From positions 10,846,064 to 10,910,063 of the forward strand of contig NC_057716.1 of assembly GCF_004010195.1 (NCBI RefSeq): DNA of 64,000 nucleotides, read 5' to 3'. Below are positions 49,411 to 62,726 of the stretch, piece after piece. The first letter of the stretch is position 1. The number at the start of each line of letters is the position of its first letter. Source of the DNA: Chiloscyllium plagiosum (lineage: Eukaryota). Position numbers and translations under genes: made by a program. A model generated the notes under the pieces. The model saw only the letters and a program-made list of their open reading frames with translations, did no database searches and was not told the origin of the DNA.

Positions 49411-50007
49411 ATTCACAAACAGATGTGCTAACGTATCTTAGGATTAATACAACTTCTGTTTATTTCCAGTTCTCTGGGTGAGGAACACGTAAACCTCAAT
49501 GATCAACAGCTCCAGAGTCATGGAAAGAGATTTCAGAAATGAGGATATGATGCAGAGGACTTTAGTTAGTAATCCCTGTTACATCTTCCTCCAACTTTAG
49601 CTCTTGATTTTCTAACTTGATGTGTTGCACCAACAATTTTTTCACTCATGGGAATAGGTGTCACTGGGGGCTTGCCAGCAATTATTGAACTGAATGGCTT
49701 GCTAGGCAATTGAGAGTCATCTATATTGATATGGGTCTGGAGTCACATGGAGGTCAGACCAGGTGAGGATGGCAGATTCCTTTTCCTCAAGGACATTAGT
49801 AAGCCAGATGAGCTATTCCCGACAATGATTTCATGGTCGTCAGTCAATTGTTAATTCCAAATTTTTTATCTTATTGAATTCAAATTCCACCATCTGCCAT
49901 GGTGGGATTCTAACTCAGGTCCCCAGAATATTAGCAGAGTTTCTAGAGTAATAGTCTTGCAATAATACCACGAGGCCATTGCCTCTCCTAATTGTGGCAC
50001 CCTATTT

Positions 50008-51670
50008 AGAGTCATAGAGCTGTACAGCACGGAAACAGACCCTTCGGTCCAACTCATCCATGCTGACCAGATATCCTAAATTAACCTAGCCTGATTTGCC
50101 AGCATTTGGCCCATATCGCTCTAAACCCTTCCTAAAAAAAAGCAATATGGTTTTGTGCAGGGGAGATTGTGTCTTACCAACTTAATAGAGTTCTTTGAGG
50201 AAGTGGCCAAGATGATAGATGAAGGAAGGGCTGTAGATGTCATATACATGGACTTTAGTAAGGCATTTGATAAGGTTGCCCATGGTAAATGAATGGAGAA
50301 AGTGAAGTCACATGGTGTGCAGGGTGTTCTCGCTATGTGGATAACAAACTGGTTGAGCAACAGGAGACAGAGAGTAGTAGTTGAAGGGAGTTTCTCGAAA
50401 TGGAGAAAGGTGACCAGTGGTATTCCACAGGGATCAGTGCTGGGGCCACTGTTGTTTGTGAGATATATAAATGATCAGGAAGAAGGCACTGTTTGTATGA
50501 TTAGCAATTTGCAGATGACACAAAGATTGGAGGAATAGCAGAAAGCATAGGGGACTGTCAAAAAATACAGGAGGACATAGATAGACTGGAGAGTTTGGCG
50601 GAGAAGTGGCAGATGGAGTTCAATCCTGGCAAATGTGAGGTGATGCATTTTGGGAAGTCTAATTCTAGGGCAAACTATACAGTAAGTGGAAGTGCCTTGG
50701 AAAAAGTTGATGAGCAGAGAGATCTGGGAGTTCAGGTCCATTGCACCCTGAAGGTTGCTGCGCAGGTGGATAGAGTGGTCAAGAAGGCATAAAGTATGCT
50801 TGCCTTCATCGGACGTGGTATTGAGTATAAGAGCTGGCAGGTCATGTAAAAATTGTACAAGACATTGGTTTGGCTGCATTTAGAATATTGTGTACAGTTC
50901 TGGTCATCACATTACCAAAAGGATTTGGACGTTTTGGAGAGGGTGCAGAGAAGGTTTACGAGGATGTTGCCTGGTATGGAAGGTACTAGCTATGAAGAGA
51001 AGTTGAGTAGGTTAAGATTGTTTTCATTAGAAAAAAGAAGATTGAGGTCTACAAAATCATGAAGGGTATTGACAGGGTATATAGAGATAAGATTTTTCCC
51101 AGGGTGAAAGATTCAATAACGAGAGGTCAAGCTTTCAAGGTGAAAGATGAAAAGTTCAAGAGGAATACATGTGGCAAGTACTTTACACAGAGCGTGGTAG
51201 GTGCCTGGGACACATTGCCAGCAGAGGTAGTAGAGGCAGGCACGGTAGATTCATTTCAGATGCGTCTTGACAGATGTATGAATAAGTTGGGAGCAGAGGG
51301 ATACAGATGCTTAGGAATTGGGCGACAGGTTTAGACAGTGGATCTGGATTGGCTCAGGCTTGGAGAGCCGAAGGACCTGTTCCTGGCCTGTAAAATTTCC
51401 TTGTTCTTTGATATTTTGTTCATGTACGCAGCCAGATGCCTTGTAAGTGTTGTACAAGGCATCTGGATGCAGCCTCCACCACTTCCTTTGGCAGCTCATT
51501 CCAGACATGCACCAGCCTTTGCGTGAAAAAGTTCCCCTTATATACCTTTTATATCTTTTCCCTCTCACCCTAAACCTACGCCCTCTAGTTCTGGACTCCC
51601 CCACCCTAGGGAAATGATCTTGTTTATTTACCCTATCCATGCCCCTCATGATTTTATAAACTTCAATAAG
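50008..51670. mobile_element. CR1 (+, 50140-51390) nested in an antisense CR1 3' end (50008-50132 plus 51420-51670)
   Basis: [29 protein letters not shown] motifs; the flanks are two halves of a CR1 3' UTR. Confidence 0.85.
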
Positions 51671-52304
51671 GCTTTAAGTTTTGCTTTCATTCTTTCGTTT
51701 ATTCCATTATGCGATTTTTCTGTTTTTATTTTCTCCAGCACATTTGGCTACACTTTATTACCTAACTACTTGTCAATTTTTTGATTTTAGATTTATTACA
51801 AAATAATCTAATATCTACCTGCTTTGCTCTCCTTTCCTCCACATCAGTTTGTACAAATGCCTCTGCTCATGGTTAATATACATTTAATACTTTATTGCTT
51901 GCATTCTTAAAATTAAAATTACATTTCCATATATAGTGTGACTGACTACAGTCCCTGCATATTATTTGCTCATGTTTTAAACAGAACTTTGTTAGAAATA
52001 TCATGAGTTATAATAGCCTACAGCAAATATGTAAGTTGTAATTTGTCAGTTAGAAATAAAAGTGATGTTACTTGTTTTGGAAAAACTATTTAAGATTTAG
52101 CAGTTTGAAATTCCAGCACGTTTGTAATTACTCCTACATAAGGGCTCAAAAATGGAAATCTGGTAGATGACAGATCTTTGGATAGTTTTCTTGTGCTATA
52201 AAGATACGCGTTCTTTTGGAGCTATGTGCATAGTGAAGCTTGGCTTAATTTTTAAAAATAACTTTACTTTAACTTCTTTATGTCAGTTTTTAATCAAAGA
52301 TAAA

Positions 52305-52577
52305 AGATTACTTACAGAGTGGAAATCGGCCCTTCCGCCCAACAAGTCTACACTGACCCTCCGAAGAGTAACCCGCCCCTCGGCATTTACCCCTTCACCT
52401 AACACTATGGGCAATTTAGCATGGCCAATTCACCTAACCAGCACATTTTTGGACTGCAGGAGGAAACCCACGCAGACACAGGGCAAACTCCACACAGAGA
52501 CAGCTGCCTGGGGCGGGAATTGAACGCGGGCCTCAAGTGCTGTGAGGTAGCAGTGCTAACCACTGTGCCACCATGCT
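52305..52577 (-). mobile_element. HE1-type SINE
   Basis: Same family as 18127-18452. Confidence 0.85.
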
Positions 52578-52829
52578 GTCCATTGGCCCACTGTGCCACA
52601 TCACTTTTGATGTCAATTGGTTTCATGAGGCCCTCATTCCCGGTGTTTTACAGTGTCATTTTCGTTTTTAGCAGGTAGGTACCTCAAATCTCCACAGTGC
52701 ATTTTATTTGATCATTTCCATGAGGCCATATGAATGAGAGCTGAGACAAAGTGATGAAATATTTTGTCTGTGAACCCGTGATATCTGTGCAATTTTCACT
52801 AGAATTCAAAGGTGAAAACACAAAATGGT

Positions 52830-54050
52830 AGAGCTGCCACATCCAGTCATGAATGGTGGTGGACAATTAAGCAACTCACTGTAGGAGGAGCCTCCACAAA
52901 TATCCCCATCTTCAAAAATGGAAGAGCACAACACATCAGTGCAAAAGATAAGGCAAAAGCATTCACAGCAATCATCAGTCAGAAGTGCCCAAAGGATGAT
53001 CTTTCTCGGCCTCCTCCAATGGCCCCCTGCGTTACAGATACCAGTCTGCAGCCAATTCGATTCACTCCACTTGATATCAAGAAATGATTGGAGATACTGG
53101 ATACTGCAAGACTATGGGCCCTGACAATATTCTGGCAATGCTGCTGAAGACAAATACTCAAGAACGTGCTGCTCCCCCAGTCAAGCTCTTCCAGTATAGC
53201 TACAACAATGGTATCCATCCAGCAATGTGGAAAATTTCCCAGGTATGTCCTGTATGCATAAAGCAGGACAAATCCAACTCAGACAATTACCAACCCATTA
53301 GTCTATTCTTGATCATCAGTAAAGTGATGGAAGGTGCCATGGGCAGAGTTATCAAGCAGCTATCAATAATCTGCTCAGTGACGCCCAGTTTGGGTTCCAC
53401 CAGGACCTGACTTCCTCACAGCCTTGTTTCAAACATGGACATAAGAGTAAATTCCTGAGGTGAAGTGAGAGTGACAGCCCTTGACACCAAGGCTACACTT
53501 GACTGAGTGTGGCATTAAGGAGCCCTCATAAAATTGCAATCAATGGATATCAGGTGGCAAACTCTCTGCTGGTTGGAATCATACTGACACATAGCAATAT
53601 GGATTTGGTTGTTGGACATAAATCATATCAGCTCCAGGCTGCCTCGACAGGAGTTCTTTCGGGTAATGTCCTAAACACAAACCATCTTCAGCTGTTTCAT
53701 CAAAACCCTTCCTGTCATCATAAGGGCAGAAGTGGGGATGTTTGCTGATGATTGCACAGCATTCAGCACCAATCATGACTGCTCAGATACTGGAACAGTC
53801 CACCTTCAAATGTAGCAAAATCTGGACAACATCCAGGCTTAGGCTGACAAGTGGTAAGTAACATTTGTGCCAACCAAATGCCAGGCAATAACCATCATCA
53901 AGAAGAGACAATCTAACTGCTGCCCTTTGACATTCAATCATATTACTATCACTGAATCCCTCACTATCAACATGCTTGGGGTTACCATTGACCAGAAACT
54001 CAACTGGACTCACCATCTAAACACAGTGGCAACAAGAGCAGGTCAGAGGT
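52830..54050 (+). mobile_element. non-LTR LINE RT fragment (different CR1-group family)
   Basis: MGPDNI, KQDKSNSDNYQPISL..IISKVME, tttgctgatgat (FADD), LGVTIDQKLNW; related fragment at 58245-58620. Confidence 0.85.
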
Positions 54051-54804
54051 AAACTATCTTGACTACTAGTTTTGGATTGTCCCAGGGTTGAAAACATTAT
54101 CTCCACGTATACTGTGTAGAATCCACATTTGTTCAAATATATTTCTGTATTTTATATAAAATCCATTGCTGCTATATACAATGCATGTCACTTAGTATGT
54201 TAAGTGTAGATAATTGCATTCGTAGAAACAAATCTTTATTACTGTTATAAATATAGCGACAGGTAGCGATATACCACATGCAAAGGCTGGGCTTTTAAGT
54301 GCAGATGGTACCCCATTTGCTGGTCAAAGAATCAGAGGTATGTCCACTCTCATTGGCTGTAGAAACCACACCTCAATCCTTTCATGAGCAGCTTCATCAT
54401 TGTCAACAGTCATAGCTTCTGTTCTTCTGAGACAATGTGTCCCTTTGCCAGTGGAAGCGGTAGCCACTGTTGATGGCCAGAAGCCATCAAACAGGCTCAG
54501 AGAGGCAAATATGTTCAAATGTTGGCAAGACCAGCCAGGCAGGCCATAGTGGGGTGAAGGTGAGTTGCAAGGGCAGAGGCATGGTCTACCAGCAGGGGAA
54601 GAACTTAAGGTTGGGGAACCTTAACTAGACCACACATTGACTGTGAGCTGGAAGCAAGCCAACTGAACCCATAGGGAAGACAGCACATGGGGTGTATTTT
54701 AACATGGTGGCAGTTGGAAGAGAGCATTAAAATGTCTTTAACTGGCATTGCCCACTCTCCCACTGAATTGATAACTTTCCACTACCTACCTCTTTCCAGG
54801 CTAG

Positions 54805-55013
54805 CATAACAAAGCTTTAGAGCTGAAAAATGTGTTGCTGGAAAAGCGCAGCAGGTCAGGCAGCATCCAAGGAGCAGGAGAATCGACGTTTCGGGCATAA
54901 GCCCTTCTTCAGGAATGCCCTTCTTCAGGAATGCTGCGCTTTTCCAGCAACACATTTCTCAGCTCTGATCTCCAGCATCTGCAGTTCTCACTTTCTCCAT
55001 AACAAAGCTTTAG
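54805..55013. mobile_element. fold-back mini-Penelope insertion with 16-bp TSD
   Basis: TSD cataacaaagctttag (54805-54820 / 54998-55013); inverted arms tgtgttgctggaaaagcgcagca / tgctgcgcttttccagcaacaca. Confidence 0.85.
54881..54915 (-). ncRNA. minimal hammerhead ribozyme, intact core
   Basis: TC-CTGAAGA-A-GGGC(ttat)GCCC-GAAAC-GTC-GA. Confidence 0.7.
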
Positions 55014-55124
55014 TCCACATGAAAATTGTTTATGGTCGATATCGATAAACTTAATTGACCCACAAGCTATTATTTCCTGGTCTTCCATTGCAGTGAAATG
55101 TACAAATCAGCAAAAGTAACTTAC

Positions 55125-55475
55125 CTGTGGGTGGGAGCGACAGTACCTGACACAGTCATTGAATCCCATCCAGCACTGGTAGTCAGGATACTCTCCTCTG
55201 GTCAGAACATACTGGTATCCCATGTAATTGGGTTTCTCATACAGCACCCACCAGTCACTCTCAACACGGATGGAGTTACAGTTGCTGAAGTAAGGGAACA
55301 GGTCGGCATAGTCACTGCTGCACTCATAGTGCCGCCCCTGGAAGTTCCTGTCCTCATATAAGATGATCTGTGGAAAGATATGTTGCTGCAAGTTAATCAT
55401 TTCTCTAGCCAGTTGATCCTTGACGACGAAATCAAATGAAATGCAAAAACACAGAGTTATCCTTGCCTTTTCTAT
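55125..55475 (-). pseudogene. gamma-crystallin pseudogene 6 (exons 1-2)
   Basis: Exon 1 55475-55467 reads ATA GAA AAG (start lost). TATA mutated to TACAAATA (55542-55535). Exon 2 55367-55125 is open but has F>L, C>Y, S>F, R>C and Greek-key S>Y changes. No intact exon 3 before gene 5. Confidence 0.85.
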
Positions 55476-58400
55476 TTTGAATTTACAGTTGGTTTACTAA
55501 CTGACTGAATATTACACTGCTTCACAAAGCTTGGTATTTGTACAGACTGGGCAAAAATGCCTCATTGTGCTATACTTTGCTATTCCAATAATTCAATCCT
55601 GAAAAATCAGCTAAATTCACAAGATACATGTTGTATTGATGGTAGTTAAACACTTCAAAGACATTTCATGTGTTTTGATTATTTTCCATTTGTCTTCATG
55701 TCACTTTAATGGTTGTTGGAAATGTTGTCTGAAACAGTCCTACCTCCTAAATCGCCCAGATCTCTTTAGTGTAATCACCTGCTCCCAAATGGTAAAGGTG
55801 AGGCCATGGATATCCAGAGAATCTAACTTTGGAAATGATCATGTCCATTCCTAGTTGATACATAATTGTAAGGGGATTTATTTCCTAGATTCTTCAATCA
55901 TCTTTTCCCAAAACCTGTCATGTAGTGATACCATGTATGGCATTAATCTGCTGATATTGATATTATGAGTGATGGTTATTGACACAACATGCAGTCTAAC
56001 CAGTGTCCTGCATACAAATGTACTGGATTGATTTGATTTAAAATTTAGAGACAACTAAAAATAAATATGGGAACAGGTAAGATAACAATAGAAAGTTAAG
56101 ATGTAAAGTGACAGAATTAAAACAAACTTTTTAGCTATATTTATCTGTGGGTAACAGGATGAACGTCTCATGCTATTGACAATATGTAAGACAATGTTAA
56201 AACACACACACACACTCATGCTCTGTAAGCCAATGTATTATTTACTCTTGTGTCACATTAATCATTTTGAAACATGTGTCTGTGCTTTTATTTTTCTCTG
56301 TTATTGAAAGTAAACTGGCTATGGTAAAGTCATTGTGCTCTGGTCTCGTCTTCTAGCGATAGAATGAAACATTGAAGATAAGCTTCCTGATTGAGGAACT
56401 GAATAATGAACATGAGGACATGAAGGCAAGATTGGAAGGCAAAGACAAGCCAAAGGTTTTTGCTAAAAGCCTGTAAAGTAATTTTAAGCTGTGTTGGAGC
56501 TGTCAGTGATCCATGCCCCATTGTTTCTGTAATGATAAATATGTCTTCTTCACTCAAACTTTGGAGATTAGAGGTAATTCTCTATATAGCCGCCTGTGTT
56601 TCTTCAAGCATAACACTAAAAAGGATGACCAGAGAAATAATGGCTTCATACAGGATAGTGATACAATTAAAAGCCAACTAAATTGGCTGAAAATAGATGA
56701 AAATCTTAAATGGTACATTGTCATTGCTGGGAAATGGTTTACAAAAAGATATCAAAAATAAACTCACTGAAGATGGATAGAACAGCTTTGCCAACTGCTC
56801 TAAAGACATATCAGGAAATCTGAGGGTGGATTGACCACGTGACACAAACCCTGACTCATGGGATTTGTCAGTAGCCAGTGACATTCTGTGAATCTGTACT
56901 ATTGTTAAATAATAACATGGTTGTAAACATTGAGATTATTTAGACTAAGTGAAGAGGTTTTACAAATAGAAAGTTAAACATCAGGAAACAGCTGGCTAGG
57001 ACAAAAAAAACTGGATAGATGGAAAACATCAGAAATTGGACAAAGGGAGGAAAGATACTGGTGTGCAGCAACACAATGAACAAAGAGAAATCCTCTCATG
57101 GAAAATTGTTAATTATTGTTAGACCCCAAGGCCAATATGTTCAGAGAAATAACTTGGAAAAAGTGAGATTGTTTAATTTTCGTAGTATTCACAGTTTCAC
57201 TTAAACATCACTGTTTTGCATCCCTGTAGGGAAAACAAAGACCCAAACAACTAACTTTATTGAATGACCACCAACAGAAGGAATTACCAATGCCTTTTAT
57301 AATGTTGACTTTATTGTTGAAGAGTAACAAACATGGATCAAGTATGAATTATCAAGCAAATGATACTTCATAAAAAAAAACAACATACAACAATAGATTT
57401 CATCTCCAGGTTTGGTCATGACTGTCATCACCAAGGTAAGAATTTGACAGTCCTGACAGTTATGCTATCTGGAGTTCCTTTCCAACCAACCAACAATCTG
57501 ACCCCAATTCACAGTTTGGTCACTCATGTGGAAACACTTAACTCTTTAGAATCTCTGAGCTGTTCCACATTGGGCACAATTTAAGCCAGTTCATGCATTG
57601 TATCTAAAAGTTTCCTTTTCGTTTCCTGTCAAATAACAAAATTTGCTCATTTCCTGAGAGAAATTTATTTCTGCTCCTCACAAGAATTTTGGATATGTTC
57701 CTCTTTCTGTCTTTCTCTGCTTTCTCTTTGTGTGTGCATATGTATACTGATTGTCTTCTTTATCAAATGCAACTGTTTTTTTTTAACAGCAATAACTTCT
57801 TTGTTTTCTTCTCTATGTCTAGCTGTATGGCTTTTGTATCTTAACTTCCCATTGGTCTTGGTCACCAGGTTTCATGGAGCAGTATTTCTGAAGAAAATTG
57901 TAATTGATCTATTTACAATTGATGCAAGTTCCGAAAAGTAATTTCCAAATGTTGTTAAAATCAATTATAGATTCCATCGACTATTTAAATAAGTTATAAG
58001 TTTTTTTATTTTCACCAGGAGTCACTATAATTATCACAGGGAAATCTTCCTTTCATTTCAGCAATTTCAAAATTGTGAATTTTACATTGACAATTGTAGC
58101 TGTGATTATTTGGCAACAAACGATCACTGGATTTGACCGATATATTCAAAATCTCACATGAATTGGGGAAAGTGGCTGGGGCAAATAGTTAAAAACAGAT
58201 AAGGCTTATTTATTATTAGAGCTGAAATAAACTAATAAACTTGACAATATTAAAAATTGCACCAATATGTCATATCCACAAAAAGCAGGACAACTCAAAT
58301 CTGATCAATTACCACTCCATCACAATCCTCTCAATCCTCAGCAGAGTAATGGAAGCTGCTGTTGACAGTACCCTCAGGTGGCACTTTCACAGCATTAACT

Positions 58401-58859
58401 TGCTCACTCATGTACAATTTGGGCATCATAAAGTACTAGCAGAACTCTCCATTGCTTGGAATCATTTTGAGCAGAAAGGAAGATGATTGTGGCTTTTGGA
58501 AATAAATTATCTCAGTCCTAGGACAGCGCTACATAAATTCTTCAAAGTACAAGACTAAGTCCAATCATTTTCAGTTATTCCATTAATCACCTTCCCTCTA
58601 TTATCATGTCAGAAGTGGGGATTATTGTACTGTTTCTCACAGTCATTTTGTCACTATGCTTTTAAGAGACACCTGATAACATTATCACATGTAACCTGAG
58701 GGCATACAATCTCATTCTCCATTTTACCCTGGGATCAATTGAAGGCTGACAGGCTGAAATCACACTGCTATAATATAATCTAATGTTTGTATATAATAGT
58801 TAGCTGTAGTAAATATCTGTTGTATTTTCAATACCCTAATACCCATGCTCAGTTTATTC

Positions 58860-59675
58860 TGTTAGAACACAAAACATAGAACATTACAGTGCAGTACAGA
58901 CCCTTCGGCCCTCAATGTTGTGCCAACCTGTGGAACCAATCTGAAGCCTATCTAACCTACATTATTCCATTAGAACGTAGAACATAGAAAAGTACAGCCT
59001 AGTACAGGTGCTTCGGCCCATGATCTAAAATAAAATAATCTAACCTATGCCCCCCTCAATTGACTGCTGTCCATGTGCATGTCCAGCAGTCGCTTAAATG
59101 CCCCTAATGACTCTGCATCCACCACCACTGCTGGCAACGCATTCCATGCATTCACAACTCTTTGCATAAAGAACCTACCTCTGAAGTCTCCTCTATACCT
59201 TCCTCCTAACACTTTAAAACTATGACCCCTTGTGGCAATCAATCCTGCCCTGTGGAAAAGTCTCTGGCTATCAACTCTCATTACCTCGTAAACCTCGATC
59301 AGGTCACTTCTCTTCCTCCTTCTCTCCAGAGAGAAAAGTCCAAGCTCAGTCAACCTCTGTTCAGAAGACAAACCCTCCAGTCCAGGCAGCATCCTGGCAA
59401 ACCTCCTTTGAACTCTCTCCAAAGCTTCCAAATCTTTCCTATAATAGGGCGACCAGAATTGGATGCAATATTCCAAGTGTGGTCTCACCAGAGTTTTACA
59501 GAGCTGCAGCAAAACCTCACAGATCTTAAACTTGATCCCCCTGTTAATGAAAGCCAAAACACCCCATATGCTTTTTTAACAACCCTATCCTCTTGGGTAG
59601 CAAGTTTGAGGGATCTGTGCACTTGAACACCAAGATTCCACGGCTCCTCCACACTGCCAAGAATCCTGACTTTAA
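58860..59675 (-). mobile_element. CR1 3' end(s)
   Basis: ORF 59045-59557: LVRPHLEYCIQFWSP...VVNAWNALP; (ttctatg)n-type tails. Confidence 0.9.
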
Positions 59676-59771
59676 TCTAGGAGAAAGTGAGGACTGCAGA
59701 TGCTGGAGATCAGAGCTGAAAATGTGTTGCTGGAAAAGCGCAGCAGGTCAGGCAGCATCCAAGGACAGCAG

Positions 59772-59806
59772 AATCGACGTTTCGGGCATGAGCCCTTCTT
59801 CAGGAA
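59772..59806 (-). ncRNA. minimal hammerhead ribozyme, intact core
   Basis: TC-CTGAAGA-A-GGGC(tcat)GCCC-GAAAC-GTC-GA. Confidence 0.7.
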
Positions 59807-59879
59807 TGAGGAAGATGTGCCAAGCAGTCTAAGATAAAAGGTAGGGAGGAGGGACTTGGGGGAGGGGTGTTGGAAATGC

Positions 59880-59949
59880 NNNNNNNNNNNNNNNNNNNNN
59901 NNNNNNNNNNNNNNNNNNNNNNNNNNNNNNNNNNNNNNNNNNNNNNNNN
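59880..59949. other. assembly gap
   Basis: Run of N. Confidence 1.
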
Positions 59950-60459
59950 GTGGACTTGTTGGGCCGAAGGGCCTGTTTCCACACTGTAAAGTAATCTAAT
60001 CTAATCTAATCTAATCTAAAAAAAATCTAATCCTTGGAGGAGTGGGAGGGGGAGTTAAAGTGTTGAGCCATGGGGTGGTTGGGTTGGTTGGTCCGGGTGT
60101 CCCTCTGGCAATGGAGGAGTCCAAGGACCTGCATGTCCTTGGAGGAGTGGGAGGGGGAGTTAAAGTGTTGAGCCATGGGGTGGTTGGGTTTGTTGGTCCG
60201 GGTGTCCCAGAGGTGTGGGACCATAAGTAATATTAGCTGCATGAACAGGTAAAAGGCTGAAGATCCATCACAATCTTATATGTTTCAATTACATTAGCCT
60301 TTACTCTTTTAAACTCCAACAGACATAAGCTCAGCCTAGGAAAAAGTGAGGACAGAAGATACTGGAAACCACAGTTTAGATCAGAGTGGTACTGGAAAAG
60401 CACAGCAGATCAGGCAGCATCCAAGGAGCAGGAAAATTGACGTTTCGGGCATGAGCCCT

Positions 60460-62360
60460 GAAGGCTTTTGTCCTCTGTATGTTTGCACTCAATTCCCTTA
60501 ACAATAGATTGTAAACTCTACAAGTTTCCTAATTAATTACTGTACCTGCATACTACTTTTGTGATTTATGAAGTATGATACTCAAATCCCACTGCATGTC
60601 AGAGTTCTGCATTCTCGCTATTTAAATAATATGCATCTTTTTTATTCTTCCTGCAAAATAGACAATTTCACATTTGCCAAGATCATACTCCATTTGTCAG
60701 ATCTTTACCAACTCACTTAAGCTATTTTTGAAGCCTTCTTATTACGTCTTTACAATTTGATTTCTAACCTATTTTTTGTGGCAGCAATAATTCTGACTCT
60801 TCATCCAAGTCATTTTTATAAATTATGCACAGTTGAGTTCCCAGCACTGATCTCTGTGGGCACATCACTTATTTGACCTTGTTAACTTGAAAAAAGATCA
60901 ATTTATTCCTGTTGGCCAGTCAATCTTCAATACATACCAATATGGTACCCTGTACACCATGAGTTTTAATTTCCACATAACTGTTGATGTGCCACCTTAT
61001 TAAGTGTCTTCTGGCAATCTAAATACAGTACATCCACTAGTTCTCCTATCTCCACAGCACATGAATGAATGTCAGAGTCATAGAGGTGTACAACACTGAA
61101 GCAGACCCTTTAGTTTAACTCGGCTGTGCCGACCTAACATCCTAAATGAATTTAGTCCCATTTGCCAGCACATGGCCTATATCTCTCAAAAACCCTTCTT
61201 ATTCATATACCCATCCTGATGCCTTTTAAAAGTTGTGATTGACCCAGCCTCCACCACTTCCTCTTGCAGCTCATTCCATACACATATCACCCTCTGCATG
61301 ATAAAGTTGCCCTTATGTCCCTTTTATATCTTTCCCCTCTCACGTTAAACTTATGCCCTATAATTCTGGACTCCCACATCCTAGGGAAAAGACCCCATCT
61401 ATTTACCCTATCCAAGCCCCTCTATAAGGTCACCCCTCAGCCTCTGACACTTCAGGAAAAACAGCGCCAACCTATTCATGAATGAATTAATTGGCTTTGT
61501 TGTCACATGCACTCAGATAAGTATAATGAAAGATTTCACAAGTTACCAGTAACAGCACCATCTTAGATACAAAGGTACCTAGGTACAGTTCTTCAGTATG
61601 TTACTTGTCAAAGGCATTCAGCAGTTTGGTTAAACATTATTTCCCTTTTATAAGACCAAATTGGCTTGTCCTGTTTCCTGGAACCTATCTCAGTGTCCTT
61701 TTATAACTTCTTTAATAATAGCTTCTAATGTTTTCCTATGACAAACATTAAGTCAGCTGGCCTGTAGCGGTGTCCATTCTATCTCCCTCCCTTTTTGACT
61801 ACAGGAGTTCCACTTGTGGTCTTCCAATATAGTGTGTTAGAAAATTAAAGTCAATGCATCAATTATCTCACTCACCTTGGGTGAATTCCATTAGGATTTG
61901 AATGCATATACATTCACAGCTCCAAATAATTACATAACACTACTTTTCTAGTGATGAAATTTCCCTAAATTTGCTTTAATTTCTTAATTTCTTGCTTCTG
62001 GGATGTTACTTGCATCTTCTGTACTGAATACTGAAGCAAATATTGGTTGAATTCATTTGCCATCCTTTGATTTACCATTAACAATTCCCCAAACTTACTT
62101 TCTACAAGATCAATGCTCACTTTTGTTCACTCTCTTTTAAATATTTATAGAAACTCTTGCTCTCTTTTTGTATATTTCTGGCTAGCTTTTTCACATGCTC
62201 TAACTTTTCAATCCTTATTAATTCTTTCAGTCAGTCCTTGTTTATTAAAACATTCTTCCCTATCCTTTGACCTGGCATCTCTCTTTCCACAATTAGATGT
62301 TTTTGATGTTGATACAAACTTTAACTTTTCTAGTTAACCATGCATGGTGGATCCTGTCCT
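60460..62360 (-). mobile_element. old CR1 (minus) with younger CR1 3' end nested at 61075-61478
   Basis: Degenerate reverse-strand RT motifs (catccaagtcatt, cccagcactgatc, ggcctgtag) and a CR1 tail. Confidence 0.65.
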
Positions 62361-62726
62361 TTGAAATTTTTCTTGCTCATTGATATCACTTCCTGCATTA
62401 CAACAGTAACTCTGTTTCAAAATTTCATGTGTTAATGAATGGAGTTTTACAAATGAAAGTCTTCACTTACTCAAAAGTGAAAAGAAATTTCAGTGTTACG
62501 ATGAATTAAGAAAGTAGAACTACATGTTTGGATATTTCAAAGGTGGGCTAAATAGTCTCCCTCTGTACAGTGTTCTTTTCTAAATTAATGAAACAGACAG
62601 CCGTATGTTATGATTCAAGTATGTGTTCCATTTGCAGTTTTAAAAAGAATTATTTGTAATTCAAGACTGTTTGCTTCCAGTTATTTCATGCAATATTGAG
62701 CAGCCTGCTTTGTTATGGTCAGGGTC

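Larger units (their letters stand above)
59676..60460. mobile_element. Penelope pieces and SINE 3' end around an assembly gap
   Basis: pLTR 59678-59879, SINE tail (TAATC)n 59950-60018, GIY-YIG C-terminal QHFNSPSHS fragment duplicated 60030-60208, truncated pLTR 60337-60458. Confidence 0.75.

Noticed and set aside
60030-60208. Duplicated QHFNSPSHS segment as a functional repeat
   Set aside because: Penelope endonuclease debris beside an assembly gap; possibly an artefact.
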